Source of the DNA: a virus
Lineage: Duplodnaviria > Caudoviricetes
Length of the DNA: 29,544 nt
IMG/VR virus record: IMGVR_UViG_3300046485_000010
Span: 1 to 29,544 of that record
Reading direction: 5' to 3' (one strand)
The notes beneath the pieces are model-generated. The model ran no database searches and was not told where the DNA came from. It saw nothing but the letters and a program-made list of their open reading frames with translations. The number at the start of each line of letters is the position of its first letter. The first letter of the stretch is position 1. The translations under genes and the position numbers were made by a program. Below are positions 8,679 to 17,412 of the stretch, piece after piece.

Positions 8679-10874
8679 CTATTCACCTTGTGCTGCTGGA
8701 GGTTGATCTGTGGGCGGTGGTTGCATTGCAGCATTTTGCATTGCCACAGCCATCAAAGCGTCCTTATGTGCCTTCATATGCAATAGAACATTCATGTAAC
8801 CCTTGGGATTCTCTAATTTGGCTAATCTTCCGGCATCCCCAACTAACCAGTTACGACAAATCTCCACATGAATCTGGTCATCATCAACATCTTGGTTAAT
8901 GTCAATAGAAGGAATCTGTTGGTCTGGCATAGGCATACCAGACGTTGGGTCCATTTGACCAGGCATACTAAATGGTTCAGAATTCACTAACTGAACAATT
9001 TCTTCAAACTGCGCCTGTCTATCGTTCTCACCAGGAATAGTGAAATCATTTAATCCAAACGAACGACGTAAGAAATCTAAGTTCTCAGGTGAACCAATAG
9101 TCTTTAAAACTTCCTCATTATTCAACTTAAACAATTCCATGAGTGCGTCTTTACGCTGTGACCAAGTGAGAGGAAGATTCTCTGATGCTTCTAGTTCGAC
9201 CGAACCAAGTTTGCCACCCGTAGCCTCAATCTTACGAATAAACACGTTAATGAAATTACCCTGATTATCCTTTTCAACAGAACGTTCGTCATCCTTCATT
9301 ACGTCGATAAACTGGGGAATCGCGCGCGTGAAGATATTCTTCCACCAAATAGTTAACATCTTCCATGTATTCTGAAGGCGCTGTAAAGCCTGCGCCCTAG
9401 ACATAGAATATTCACCAGCCGTTCTAGAACCTTCTAATTGGCCTCCAAATAAGGAGGGTGTAGCACCAGATACCAATTGGCCTAGTTCTTGAACCTTGTT
9501 AGCGAATGGTAATACTTCCTGAGAAAGCGTCGCAGTCTTAACCTCATAGAAATTCTCTCCTAATGGCCTACCTGCTGGAGAAGTTGCAGGATATATACCA
9601 CCAGGGATAACTTCCTGATTCGCGTACGCCTTGAAATCTAATGTTTTGGGATTCGCAAAAGTCTGCGGAATCCCATGTTCGACAGTCTGAACTACAAGAG
9701 AGATAAGATCGTTAGTAATTTCTTGGATAGAAGTAAGGAGTAAACCAATAGGATCGAAGTGGATATGATCTGATAAAGGATTATAGCTAAGAGTCCAATA
9801 GTCATCAAGGTCTTCATTTTCCGCGTCCGCTACGATGTCGTTAACTAAGACAACCTTAACACCATCGGGATAGTCTTTCTTAAGTTCTTTAGTTTGTTCT
9901 TCCGTCAAGATATTAAAAGCAGAAGGACGTAACCAAGCGTTACGAACAGTTACGTTATTAACAGGATATTCACCTTTATACTGCGTAGACAGACGACCCC
10001 ACTGTTCAAACCCATCATAGGATGCAGTTCCACCCTTAATCTTATCTCGTAGGTTGGGATATTCTTCTAATACGTTAGAATAATGAGTCTCATAACTCCA
10101 AATTAAATAAGGGCAATCGCACTGTTTGCGCGCATAAACTGGGACCTTAATATACAATCCACCATAAACATCGAGTAGAATACGGGACTTATTTAAATGC
10201 TCAATGTCCCTTAACACTGACTGGGTAGAAGTATTAGAAGATGCAACAGGAACTACTTCTTGATTGCAAGATGGACAGATGTCAGACTGTCCTTCAGGTA
10301 ACATACTTTCAGAATCAGAACCCATAACACCCTGACACATAGGACATAACTGCTCATTAGTAGTTTCTTCAACATCCTCATAGTTTCTCTGTTCATAAGT
10401 TCCATAAGCCTTGTCCTCCTTGGGGTAGGAATAACAGGCTAGCATACCTTCTGTACAGTAAATAAACAGCGCGTGCAGCCAAAGTAGCGGAGCATCGTTA
10501 TGCTTAAAGATTAATTCAGCAATCCTATTTCCAGCCTTAGCAGTTGCAACATCAAGAGGATTATCTGCATCCTCGGGATAGCATGTTAAAGCCGGCACAG
10601 ATACAGACAAAGCAGCAATAATAGACTCAAGATACGCTCTGAAAACGTTGACTGGTTTGTCATAATATGATTGGTCCCCCGTTACATCTTGTTCAGGAAC
10701 TCTCCAATCATGTGCTACTTCAGAATAATAATGATACTGAAGATTGTCCCAGAGGAACTTAAGCTTACGCCATGTACGAACTTGACGATTTCGTGTGGCG
10801 CGGTCTTCTCCATCGAAGTGGTCTACAACCTGCTTCAATAGTTTCTTACGTTCCTCTGAGAGTTCGGTTGCCAT
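8679..10874 (-). CDS. Portal protein (P22-like, long)
   Basis: 731 aa downstream of TerL; 'PVNVFRAYLESIIAAL', 'SRTAGEYSM...AL.RL' and a Gln/Pro-rich C-terminus. Confidence 0.85.
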   Translation of the reverse strand: MATELSEERKKLLKQVVDHFDGEDRATRNRQVRTWRKLKFLWDNLQYHYYSEVAHDWRVPEQDVTGDQSYYDKPVNVFRAYLESIIAALSVSVPALTCYPEDADNPLDVATAKAGNRIAELIFKHNDAPLLWLHALFIYCTEGMLACYSYPKEDKAYGTYEQRNYEDVEETTNEQLCPMCQGVMGSDSESMLPEGQSDICPSCNQEVVPVASSNTSTQSVLRDIEHLNKSRILLDVYGGLYIKVPVYARKQCDCPYLIWSYETHYSNVLEEYPNLRDKIKGGTASYDGFEQWGRLSTQYKGEYPVNNVTVRNAWLRPSAFNILTEEQTKELKKDYPDGVKVVLVNDIVADAENEDLDDYWTLSYNPLSDHIHFDPIGLLLTSIQEITNDLISLVVQTVEHGIPQTFANPKTLDFKAYANQEVIPGGIYPATSPAGRPLGENFYEVKTATLSQEVLPFANKVQELGQLVSGATPSLFGGQLEGSRTAGEYSMSRAQALQRLQNTWKMLTIWWKNIFTRAIPQFIDVMKDDERSVEKDNQGNFINVFIRKIEATGGKLGSVELEASENLPLTWSQRKDALMELFKLNNEEVLKTIGSPENLDFLRRSFGLNDFTIPGENDRQAQFEEIVQLVNSEPFSMPGQMDPTSGMPMPDQQIPSIDINQDVDDDQIHVEICRNWLVGDAGRLAKLENPKGYMNVLLHMKAHKDALMAVAMQNAAMQPPPTDQPPAAQGE

Positions 10875-11032
10875 TATGCTTTACTCATTAAATCGAATCT
10901 AGGGGCAAGTGCGCGCTTCTTCTTTCCCTTGGAACCTGCCGCCTTTTTAGAGGGAGCACTTTCCATTGCTTCTTCCATTGCATTACCAAATCCCTTGCTA
11001 GGAGATGACTTCATCTTACTTAAGAATCCCAT
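10874..11032 (-). CDS. Small basic protein (52 aa)
   Basis: Not in the track. MGFLSKMKSSPSKGFG...KKKRALAPRFDLMSKA; TAATG overlaps with both neighbours. Confidence 0.7.
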   Translation of the reverse strand: MGFLSKMKSSPSKGFGNAMEEAMESAPSKKAAGSKGKKKRALAPRFDLMSKA

Positions 11033-11226
11033 TACTTTAGTCCTTTCTTTTTTCTTAAAGAGTCAGAAGGCCCAACTGAATATTCCTTCTTTCCCTCTGA
11101 TGCCTTCTGTTTCTCAGATAACATAATGGCAACAGCCTGCTTCTGATTCTTTACTGGCTTTCCATGCTTGGAACCAGAAGTCAATGTCCCCTTTTTCCAT
11201 TTCGACATGACCTTATCCCAGGGCAT
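11032..11226 (-). CDS. Small basic DUF6496-like protein
   Basis: 'KVMSKWKKGTLTSGS..GKPVKNQKQAVAIMLSE' matches my recollection of the DUF6496 pattern. Confidence 0.65.
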   Translation of the reverse strand: MPWDKVMSKWKKGTLTSGSKHGKPVKNQKQAVAIMLSEKQKASEGKKEYSVGPSDSLRKKKGLK

Positions 11227-11229
11227 GAT

Positions 11230-11445
11230 TTAACTCACAGTCGCAGTAATAACCCCACTACTAATCGTAATCGTAATGGTGCTTCTGGCAGCTAAGTCAA
11301 GTTCCTTCGTAATGTTACCATCCTTAACCTTAATGATACCATGTTCAGGATCGAAAAGCAACTGCTTAACATCCTTGAAAACGGTAGCAGTTAAGGTCTT
11401 GCTCGGACCAGTCGTTCCGGTATACGTCAATTTGCTGTTAGCCAT
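11230..11445 (-). CDS. Small beta-rich hypothetical protein
   Basis: 71 aa, AGGAG RBS, overlaps the upstream stop. Confidence 0.7.
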   Translation of the reverse strand: MANSKLTYTGTTGPSKTLTATVFKDVKQLLFDPEHGIIKVKDGNITKELDLAARSTITITISSGVITATVS

Positions 11446-11767
11446 TTTCGACTCCTAATTCCTTTTCGAGTTCCGGGATTTTCGAATCTAGAATTTCCTT
11501 TTCCTTCTCGCGTAGAACTTGAGCCTTAACTCTATCTTCCTTTTCTAGCATTTGCCGTCTAACACTCCAGGGAATGTAACCTGACTGAATAGGTTCTAAG
11601 TCCCTAGTATCAATCACCTCCTCTTTCTTCTCAATAGGATTTATGAGTCGATTCAATAAATCCTTCCTCTCCATGTCACATGCTGCTAATTGCATCTTAA
11701 GCAATTCACAGGTAGGACAGGATTCATCCTCTAATCCTAACCACTTGTAGAGAATCTTCTTTATCAT
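11438..11767 (-). CDS. Hypothetical protein (CxxC, coiled coil)
   Basis: 109 aa; ATGA overlap with the terL stop. Confidence 0.7.
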   Translation of the reverse strand: MIKKILYKWLGLEDESCPTCELLKMQLAACDMERKDLLNRLINPIEKKEEVIDTRDLEPIQSGYIPWSVRRQMLEKEDRVKAQVLREKEKEILDSKIPELEKELGVENG

Positions 11768-13353
11768 TTGTGATGATACCTTCGAACTGGCTGTATGATA
11801 TTACTACCTTCTATTTTTTCCATGCTACGATAGAACGCAGTCCAATTCTGTTCTATTGCCATTCTTTGTAATAAAGCTTCACGTTCTTGAAGTCTCTCAA
11901 ACTCGTTAGAAGCTTCGGCAAAATAACCCTCCGCAGCATCCACCATGTAGCGTAACCCATCAAGAGGGTCATCACCATCAAACTCTGCAATATCCTCGGC
12001 TGGTTTGTTGTTCTTTCCCTTGTCATATGTAGCAGCCCGAATAGCATCGACTAAAATAGGACACGAATCAAAAATCTGGAGACGGGGTAGATTATCTTCA
12101 GGAGGTTTGTCAATATAAGATTCCAAGTAATTCTTATACTCAGACATTCCCCGATTACGTAACAGCCACGCAGCATGATCTTCGTCGTAAGGAATACGTT
12201 CTGTACTTGGCACAGCATGAGGTTGCCAACGTAGATATTCATGGATTAGAAGTTTACCAGCAACACGCGAACCCGGATTGTTATTTGATAACTCAATAGG
12301 ATGACCTAACTCATCTTCTATCTGCTGCTGAATCGTATGTTCCTGTCCGCGGTCCTGACTCGCTGATTTACAGAATCTAATGAGTCGAGGATTTTCCTTA
12401 TCTACAAAGTATCTAACCTGTGGTGCCCACTCAGAAATCTTAGTCTTTCTCCACGCCATCTCTCTGTAAATATAAAGACGTTTAGTTGGGGAAATAGCAC
12501 CAAATCCTACCCATGTCATTGCGGTGAATCCCCAATCACCTACAACAATCTTAGGCCACCAATCGGGAATATCAAAGGGAGGTATAACGTGTATCGCATT
12601 GTCAGGTTCATCGGGATAATGAATAGAACGAAACTCATCGAATACCGAACCAAGGAATGCATCCCAATCTCCACTGAGTTTTGCGCGCTTTTCAGCTTCG
12701 GGAAGTGCTTGTAAACTCTGCTTATAGTTCGGGTCGATTCCAGGATTATCAAGTAAAGTGGAGTGAATGTAGAATCTCTTAACTCCACCCTTACCTACTA
12801 TTATTTTACCACCTTCCGGACATGGGTTAACGAACCTCTTTTTAAACCAAGTATGTCCAATATTTCCGGGCATTCCACAAGTTCTAATAATAGCGGGGAG
12901 AGAAGGATCAGAAGTTCTGACTCGGGTAAATCCAATATAGAGGTACTGGTACTCTGTGAAGGAAGTAATTTCATCAGGCGTGAACAGGTTAATTTCCGTC
13001 GAGTCATAGCGATGAACGTCGTTTTCATCCTCGCAATGACCCATGATAACGCGCGCACCTTCTGGAAAGGTCCAAGTCATCGTAGACTGATTTAGTTTTC
13101 CACCGAAAGGTTCATAGAGTCTTTTACTTCTCGGGACAATTTCATCTCGAATCTCAGGATAAGTGCGTCGTAAAAATAACTGTTTGAAGCGTGGATTCAA
13201 ATAGAAATGATGAACTAGTGGGTAGATAAGGAGCAAGTCAGTTTTACCTGAACCTGCTCCACCCGCGTAGGCAGCCTCTTTAATAGAGAATGGCAAAGAC
13301 AGAAATAGACTCTGCTTTTTCGACGGACGCCACTCATTTTCGTTCAGAACCAT
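11764..13353 (-). CDS. terL: Terminase large subunit
   Basis: Q-motif (PSKKQ), Walker A GGAGSGKT, Walker B 'LFTPDE', 'W.K.RF', 'TLLDNP', nuclease 'VVGDWG' and C-terminal 'DDPLDGLRY'. Confidence 0.95.
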   Translation of the reverse strand: MVLNENEWRPSKKQSLFLSLPFSIKEAAYAGGAGSGKTDLLLIYPLVHHFYLNPRFKQLFLRRTYPEIRDEIVPRSKRLYEPFGGKLNQSTMTWTFPEGARVIMGHCEDENDVHRYDSTEINLFTPDEITSFTEYQYLYIGFTRVRTSDPSLPAIIRTCGMPGNIGHTWFKKRFVNPCPEGGKIIVGKGGVKRFYIHSTLLDNPGIDPNYKQSLQALPEAEKRAKLSGDWDAFLGSVFDEFRSIHYPDEPDNAIHVIPPFDIPDWWPKIVVGDWGFTAMTWVGFGAISPTKRLYIYREMAWRKTKISEWAPQVRYFVDKENPRLIRFCKSASQDRGQEHTIQQQIEDELGHPIELSNNNPGSRVAGKLLIHEYLRWQPHAVPSTERIPYDEDHAAWLLRNRGMSEYKNYLESYIDKPPEDNLPRLQIFDSCPILVDAIRAATYDKGKNNKPAEDIAEFDGDDPLDGLRYMVDAAEGYFAEASNEFERLQEREALLQRMAIEQNWTAFYRSMEKIEGSNIIQPVRRYHHK

Positions 13354-13355
13354 GA

Positions 13356-13544
13356 TTACACACTAGGATGAGATGCAAGCCATTCCTCGCCCTTAGCAAT
13401 ACCTGCTGACGTAACGTCATTCAAATGTGCAAGAATTGCAGCGTCATCGGGAAGTGTTCCTGTAGACGCAAGATGCTCACGAATAAACTTCATCAGTTCA
13501 GGAAATACAAACTTTTCAAATGCCGCAGCAAGAAATGCCCACAT
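13356..13544 (-). CDS. Small hypothetical protein
   Basis: 62 aa, GGAGG RBS, TAATG overlap with the lipoprotein gene. Confidence 0.7.
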   Translation of the reverse strand: MWAFLAAAFEKFVFPELMKFIREHLASTGTLPDDAAILAHLNDVTSAGIAKGEEWLASHPSV

Positions 13545-13957
13545 TACACACCTCCAATAAGCGCATCGACAGCAGCAACAACAGCCTTAATAACAGTACT
13601 AGTCAGGTAAGGCTTAACATATTCATTATCCTTCAGCCTAAACCAAAGATTCTGAACTGTAACCTGCCAACCTGTAGGAATATCCTTCAGAACCTTATCA
13701 GCCTCGACGCAGAATGTGATAATGGCTCTAACCGTGTTTCGTGGAAGTCCACTATTTGCATCAGCTACAATAGCAGTATCCATCAGTTCATTTACTTTCT
13801 CTGCTATCGGTGCTGCTACCCACGCTGCCATTCCCTGTGGTGTCACGATTGTCGGGGGTGGATTCCCTGCACACGCCATCAGGCTCAGGAATAGCATCAC
13901 GGGGATCATACACCTGACGCCCGTTACGAATCTCTTTCTCAATAACTCTGATCTCAT
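13544..13957 (-). CDS. Predicted lipoprotein (possible lysis accessory)
   Basis: Basic n-region, hydrophobic stretch and lipobox-like LMAC; GGAGAG RBS. Confidence 0.65.
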   Translation of the reverse strand: MRSELLRKRFVTGVRCMIPVMLFLSLMACAGNPPPTIVTPQGMAAWVAAPIAEKVNELMDTAIVADANSGLPRNTVRAIITFCVEADKVLKDIPTGWQVTVQNLWFRLKDNEYVKPYLTSTVIKAVVAAVDALIGGV

Positions 13958-13981
13958 TGAAGTACTCTCCTATATCTGGAG

Positions 13982-14176
13982 TCATTTGTTATATGTCTTA
14001 TTCATGAATGTAGGTTCCTGAGTAGGTGACATAACAGAATGGTTAAACGCGAGAATACATAAACAGACTAAAGTAATGATGTCATTCTGTGTGTTAGTCA
14101 AATGCAACAGATTGACGTTAGCAACAACAACACCAGCAATTGTCGTAAGCGCAACGCCGATTTCCTTCCATCTCAT
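13982..14176 (-). CDS. Small 2-TM membrane protein (holin candidate)
   Basis: 64 aa, two hydrophobic segments, GAGG RBS, ATGA overlap. Confidence 0.55.
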   Translation of the reverse strand: MRWKEIGVALTTIAGVVVANVNLLHLTNTQNDIITLVCLCILAFNHSVMSPTQEPTFMNKTYNK

Positions 14177-14373
14177 CTTAACCTCGGAACTGGAATGTCA
14201 TTCTGAAGTAGACCAGTAGCAGTCAACACAAGAATAACTACAAAAATAACTACGAGAACCCAAATGATATTGTCGATAATCCCTGGATGACCAGGAGCTA
14301 ATCTACCAAGAATCCAAACGGCTCCCCAACCTAAACATACAATGAGAATGATCCAAACAAAAAGGTGAATCAT
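14173..14373 (-). CDS. Small 2-TM membrane protein
   Basis: 66 aa, two long hydrophobic helices separated by a Pro/Gly turn; AAGGAG RBS. Confidence 0.7.
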   Translation of the reverse strand: MIHLFVWIILIVCLGWGAVWILGRLAPGHPGIIDNIIWVLVVIFVVILVLTATGLLQNDIPVPRLR

Positions 14374-14382
14374 GCTATCTCC

Positions 14383-14706
14383 TTACTTGCTAGCATAGAA
14401 CCTCAAGATAAATTGCAATGCTAATATAATACCAACCCCAACCCATGACATCTTTTGAACTGTAGCAACTTGCTGTAGAAGGTTCTCATGTGCCTGGTAA
14501 TACATTTCCTTGGTAATGAACGTATCTTTCATTACCTGTAGTTTTCCAGCTTCATGATTTAAAATCTCTAATCTACGTTCATATTCCTTAGCCTGGAGTT
14601 CGCGCGCTCTTTCCATCATGTTAAATTGGATAAACATTACCTCTTTCAGATGCTTCTGTTCATCTAAGAGATGCCCGAACTCAGGACACTTGTCAGAACA
14701 TTCCAT
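14383..14706 (-). CDS. Coiled-coil protein with C-terminal TM anchor (start probably ATG 14706, MECSDKC...)
   Basis: The upstream part of the track ORF overlaps another gene and a hairpin; 107 aa ending WVGVGIILALQFILRF. Confidence 0.65.
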   Translation of the reverse strand: MECSDKCPEFGHLLDEQKHLKEVMFIQFNMMERARELQAKEYERRLEILNHEAGKLQVMKDTFITKEMYYQAHENLLQQVATVQKMSWVGVGIILALQFILRFYASK

Positions 14707-14708
14707 AT

Positions 14709-14738
14709 TAAAAGAAGGGAGGATTTCTCCTCCCCTCC
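14709..14738 (-). terminator. Intrinsic terminator-like hairpin
   Basis: Minus strand GAGGGGAGGA-gaaa-TCCTCCCTTC-tttt just after the stop at 14744. Confidence 0.6.
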
Positions 14739-14743
14739 TCCAC

Positions 14744-14998
14744 TTACTTCTTGGCGAAACTTGCCGCGGGAGTATTCGCACTAATCGCATTAGCAAGGTC
14801 AGTAGTAGATGCAGTAAGTGCATCAACTTCAGCCTGCACCGGCTTCATCTCATCAGCCGTAGCACCATTGACAAGTGCCGCATCAACAGCAGCCTGCACA
14901 CGCGCAGCAATACCATTGATAAGAGCAACTGCCGATGCCATAACACTAGTAGTCTGTGCAACCTGAGTTTCAAGAGCTGCGAGAATCGAACTAGCCAT
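14744..14998 (-). CDS. Ala-rich helical protein (start ATG 14998, MASSILAALE...)
   Basis: 84 aa with AAGGGAG RBS; the longer track ORF overlaps the 15000-15173 gene. Confidence 0.75.
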   Translation of the reverse strand: MASSILAALETQVAQTTSVMASAVALINGIAARVQAAVDAALVNGATADEMKPVQAEVDALTASTTDLANAISANTPAASFAKK

Positions 14999-14999
14999 T

Positions 15000-15173
15000 T
15001 TACACTCCCTTTTTATCTGCGTTTTCCGCCTTTTGCAACGCATCGGTCGCAGAATGTAACCGTGCGGTGAGAGAGGCAATATCACTCGGCTTAACAGGTT
15101 CATTACGAATCTGCTGGCACAGAGTAATAAAGTCCTCAATACTGTGAATCTCCAAGTGAAAACCTTCTGCCAT
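15000..15173 (-). CDS. Small hypothetical protein (57 aa)
   Basis: Not in the track. MAEGFHLEIHSIEDFITLC...KKGV fills the gap exactly; GGTG RBS. Confidence 0.7.
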   Translation of the reverse strand: MAEGFHLEIHSIEDFITLCQQIRNEPVKPSDIASLTARLHSATDALQKAENADKKGV

Positions 15174-15174
15174 G

Positions 15175-15516
15175 TCAAATCACCATTCCAATGTGAACAA
15201 TCTCACCTTCAGTACCTAATGCATAGATTTCGCTAAGACGAATAGGATCTCCGCCATATGGTCCCATAACCATAGGAGGCGGGGGATCTCCAGTATCACC
15301 AGCGGGTAACTGAAATGCATAGAGCAATGACGTAAGATTCTTATCACCAAACCTCACCGCAGTAGCATTCCCACCGGCGGGTTGAAGATGAATCTCACGA
15401 CATGCAATATTACCTAATGCACCATTAGTTGCTACACCAAAAGCCTCTGCAATCCCTGTTGCAGTAGATAACTTTTGCGCGGCTCCCGTAAGAGTTAACA
15501 AACCTTGGAGGTACAT
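15175..15516 (-). CDS. Hypothetical beta-rich protein, possibly virion-associated
   Basis: 113 aa, AGGAG RBS. Confidence 0.7.
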   Translation of the reverse strand: MYLQGLLTLTGAAQKLSTATGIAEAFGVATNGALGNIACREIHLQPAGGNATAVRFGDKNLTSLLYAFQLPAGDTGDPPPPMVMGPYGGDPIRLSEIYALGTEGEIVHIGMVI

Positions 15517-15525
15517 TTCTTTCTC

Positions 15526-17412
15526 CTAATATCTGTATCGCATCCAATATCTACTTCCTAATCCACCAAAAGGTGGAGCTGCGGAAGGACTATGTGATGG
15601 ACTAGATGATGGCGAATTTGATGGCGAAGCAGACGGACTATTAGAAGGCGAACTTGATGGAGACGAAGAAGAAGAATTAGAAGGACTAGAAGATGAGCTA
15701 TTAGATGGACTATTTGATGGGGAACTTGACGGAGAATTAGACGGTGAACTTGAAGGACTATTAGATGGAGAGTCTGAAGGACTTTCACTAGGACTATTAG
15801 AAGGACTCCCTGATGGACTAGCACTAGGAGAATCAGAAGGAGATGCGCTATTAGAACTAGAGAACGAGTTAGAAGGAGAACCTGATGGACTTTCTGACGG
15901 ACTATTAGAAGGACTGGACGAAGGTGAATTAGATGGACTATTCGACGGTGAATTAGATGGAGAATTAGAAGGACTAGCCGAGTTACTAAAACTATTAGAT
16001 GGAGAAGAAGACGGCGAAGATGACGGAGAATTACTAGGTGAACTAGATGGGGATGAAGATGGACTATTAGACGGCGAATTACTCGGACTATTGGAAGGTG
16101 AATTCGACGGAGAGTTTGATGGACTATTAGAAGGAGAATTAGATGGTGAATTACTAGGTGAATTACTAGGTGAGTTAGAGGGAGATGAAGATGGAGAACT
16201 CGACGGGGAAGATGAAGGCGAAGATGAAGGACTGGACGACGGAGAAGCAGAAGGAGAACTTAAAGAAAGATCAAATAAGTTCGCAGCCTTAGCAGTCTTA
16301 TAGCCGGTAGTGTTCTCATGCAAGCCATCGTCAGTTTGCGCGACTGAGCCAGGATGCCACCATAGGTTAGAATCTGAAGTAGTAGTATGGGTAAGATGAG
16401 CTATGTCAATACACTTATGCGCGCCAGTCGGTAGCGCGCGCATGTAGTCATTCCAAGTATGAATATCGGTAGTTTCGTACTGAGTTCCTTGAGAATCTGA
16501 AGTCCATGTTGGACCCGCCGTTCTAGGTGAGGTAGTATTTACATAAACCTTTTGACCCTGAGTCCAAAGTGCAATACAAGCCTGAAGATCAGTTCGCGCG
16601 TTTGTAGGAGTAGCATTATAAAGAATAATATCAGCAGCACCGAGGTCCGTGATAACGCGCGTACAATAGGAATTGATTAGCGCATTGCGCCTGGTAGATG
16701 AGGAAGTCTTAAAGTTAGCAGCGGAATCCGCACCAACACCAAAGTTTATATAACCATAATTAGGACCAATAGAACGACAAACTTCACCCACGTCTCCATA
16801 ACCATTAGTAGAACCGTCACCCGCGACATCCCCATAACCTGCGATACGAGAAGGTCCAACTGCTGCAATTGCTTCTACGGTAGAAGTAGCGGTAATTGCA
16901 ACAGGACCAAAATAAAAACCACCACCATCATTTGTTATGCTATTACCCTGAGATTGATCCCCTGAGGTTTGGGTATCAATAGCATCCCCATGAGTTGTAG
17001 CAAAATCTCCCCATGCAGATGGAGGAGAAAGAGAAACACAGTCACAAGTTGGAATACCATTAGATGTAGTTAAATAGACATGAACTACAATTCTAGCATC
17101 TTTAGGAATAGATAGAGTAGTTAAGTCTGAAGCAAGAGTTGCACCATCCGATACGGTCCCGGAGTTACTACCACCAAACTTAATACGAGTATAAGTTCCT
17201 GTAGGATACTCTACACTACAACCTGCTATAGTATAAGCCCCACCTTCTGTTTGTTCCCCAGAGTTTCCAAGAACATGCCAATTAGCAAAGTGAAGTCTAA
17301 TATCAGAAATAGCAGAACGAATATAATGATAGCTTCGCGCATTGGCGTTAATTGTCCCGCCAACAAATGCTGTATGTAATCTACAACGAGTTCCTACTTG
17401 TCGTTCAGACAT
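15526..17412 (-). CDS. SGNH/GDSL-like protein with long C-terminal Ser/Pro repeat
   Basis: Blocks resembling SGNH: AVGPSR (I), NFGVGA (II), DLGAAD (III), DGLH (V); then ~225 aa of SPS[S/N/A] repeats and a short aromatic/basic tail. Confidence 0.75.
   Translation of the reverse strand: MSERQVGTRCRLHTAFVGGTINANARSYHYIRSAISDIRLHFANWHVLGNSGEQTEGGAYTIAGCSVEYPTGTYTRIKFGGSNSGTVSDGATLASDLTTLSIPKDARIVVHVYLTTSNGIPTCDCVSLSPPSAWGDFATTHGDAIDTQTSGDQSQGNSITNDGGGFYFGPVAITATSTVEAIAAVGPSRIAGYGDVAGDGSTNGYGDVGEVCRSIGPNYGYINFGVGADSAANFKTSSSTRRNALINSYCTRVITDLGAADIILYNATPTNARTDLQACIALWTQGQKVYVNTTSPRTAGPTWTSDSQGTQYETTDIHTWNDYMRALPTGAHKCIDIAHLTHTTTSDSNLWWHPGSVAQTDDGLHENTTGYKTAKAANLFDLSLSSPSASPSSSPSSSPSSSPSSSPSSSPSNSPSNSPSNSPSNSPSNSPSNSPSNSPSNSPSNSPSNSPSSSPSSSPSNSPSSSPSSSPSNSFSNSASPSNSPSNSPSNSPSNSPSSSPSNSPSESPSGSPSNSFSSSNSASPSDSPSASPSGSPSNSPSESPSDSPSNSPSSSPSNSPSSSPSNSPSNSSSSSPSNSSSSSPSSSPSNSPSASPSNSPSSSPSHSPSAAPPFGGLGSRYWMRYRY
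15580..16260 (-). repeat. 12-nt-period coding repeat (tetrapeptide SPSN/SPSS, about 55 units)
   Basis: Visible in the translation; DNA units vary at synonymous positions. Confidence 0.95.

Noticed and set aside
13788-13985. 65-aa ORF overlapping the lipoprotein gene, with an ATGA-coupled start
   Set aside because: It has no TM segment or lipobox as an embedded spanin would need, and the lipoprotein has its own SD. It cannot be fully excluded without ribosome profiling.
15580-16260. CRISPR array or DNA-level satellite
   Set aside because: 12-nt period with synonymous variation and no repeat-spacer structure; it is a coding repeat.
16091-16303. Acidic plus-strand ORF (GELD repeats)
   Set aside because: Antisense shadow of the Ser/Pro repeat.
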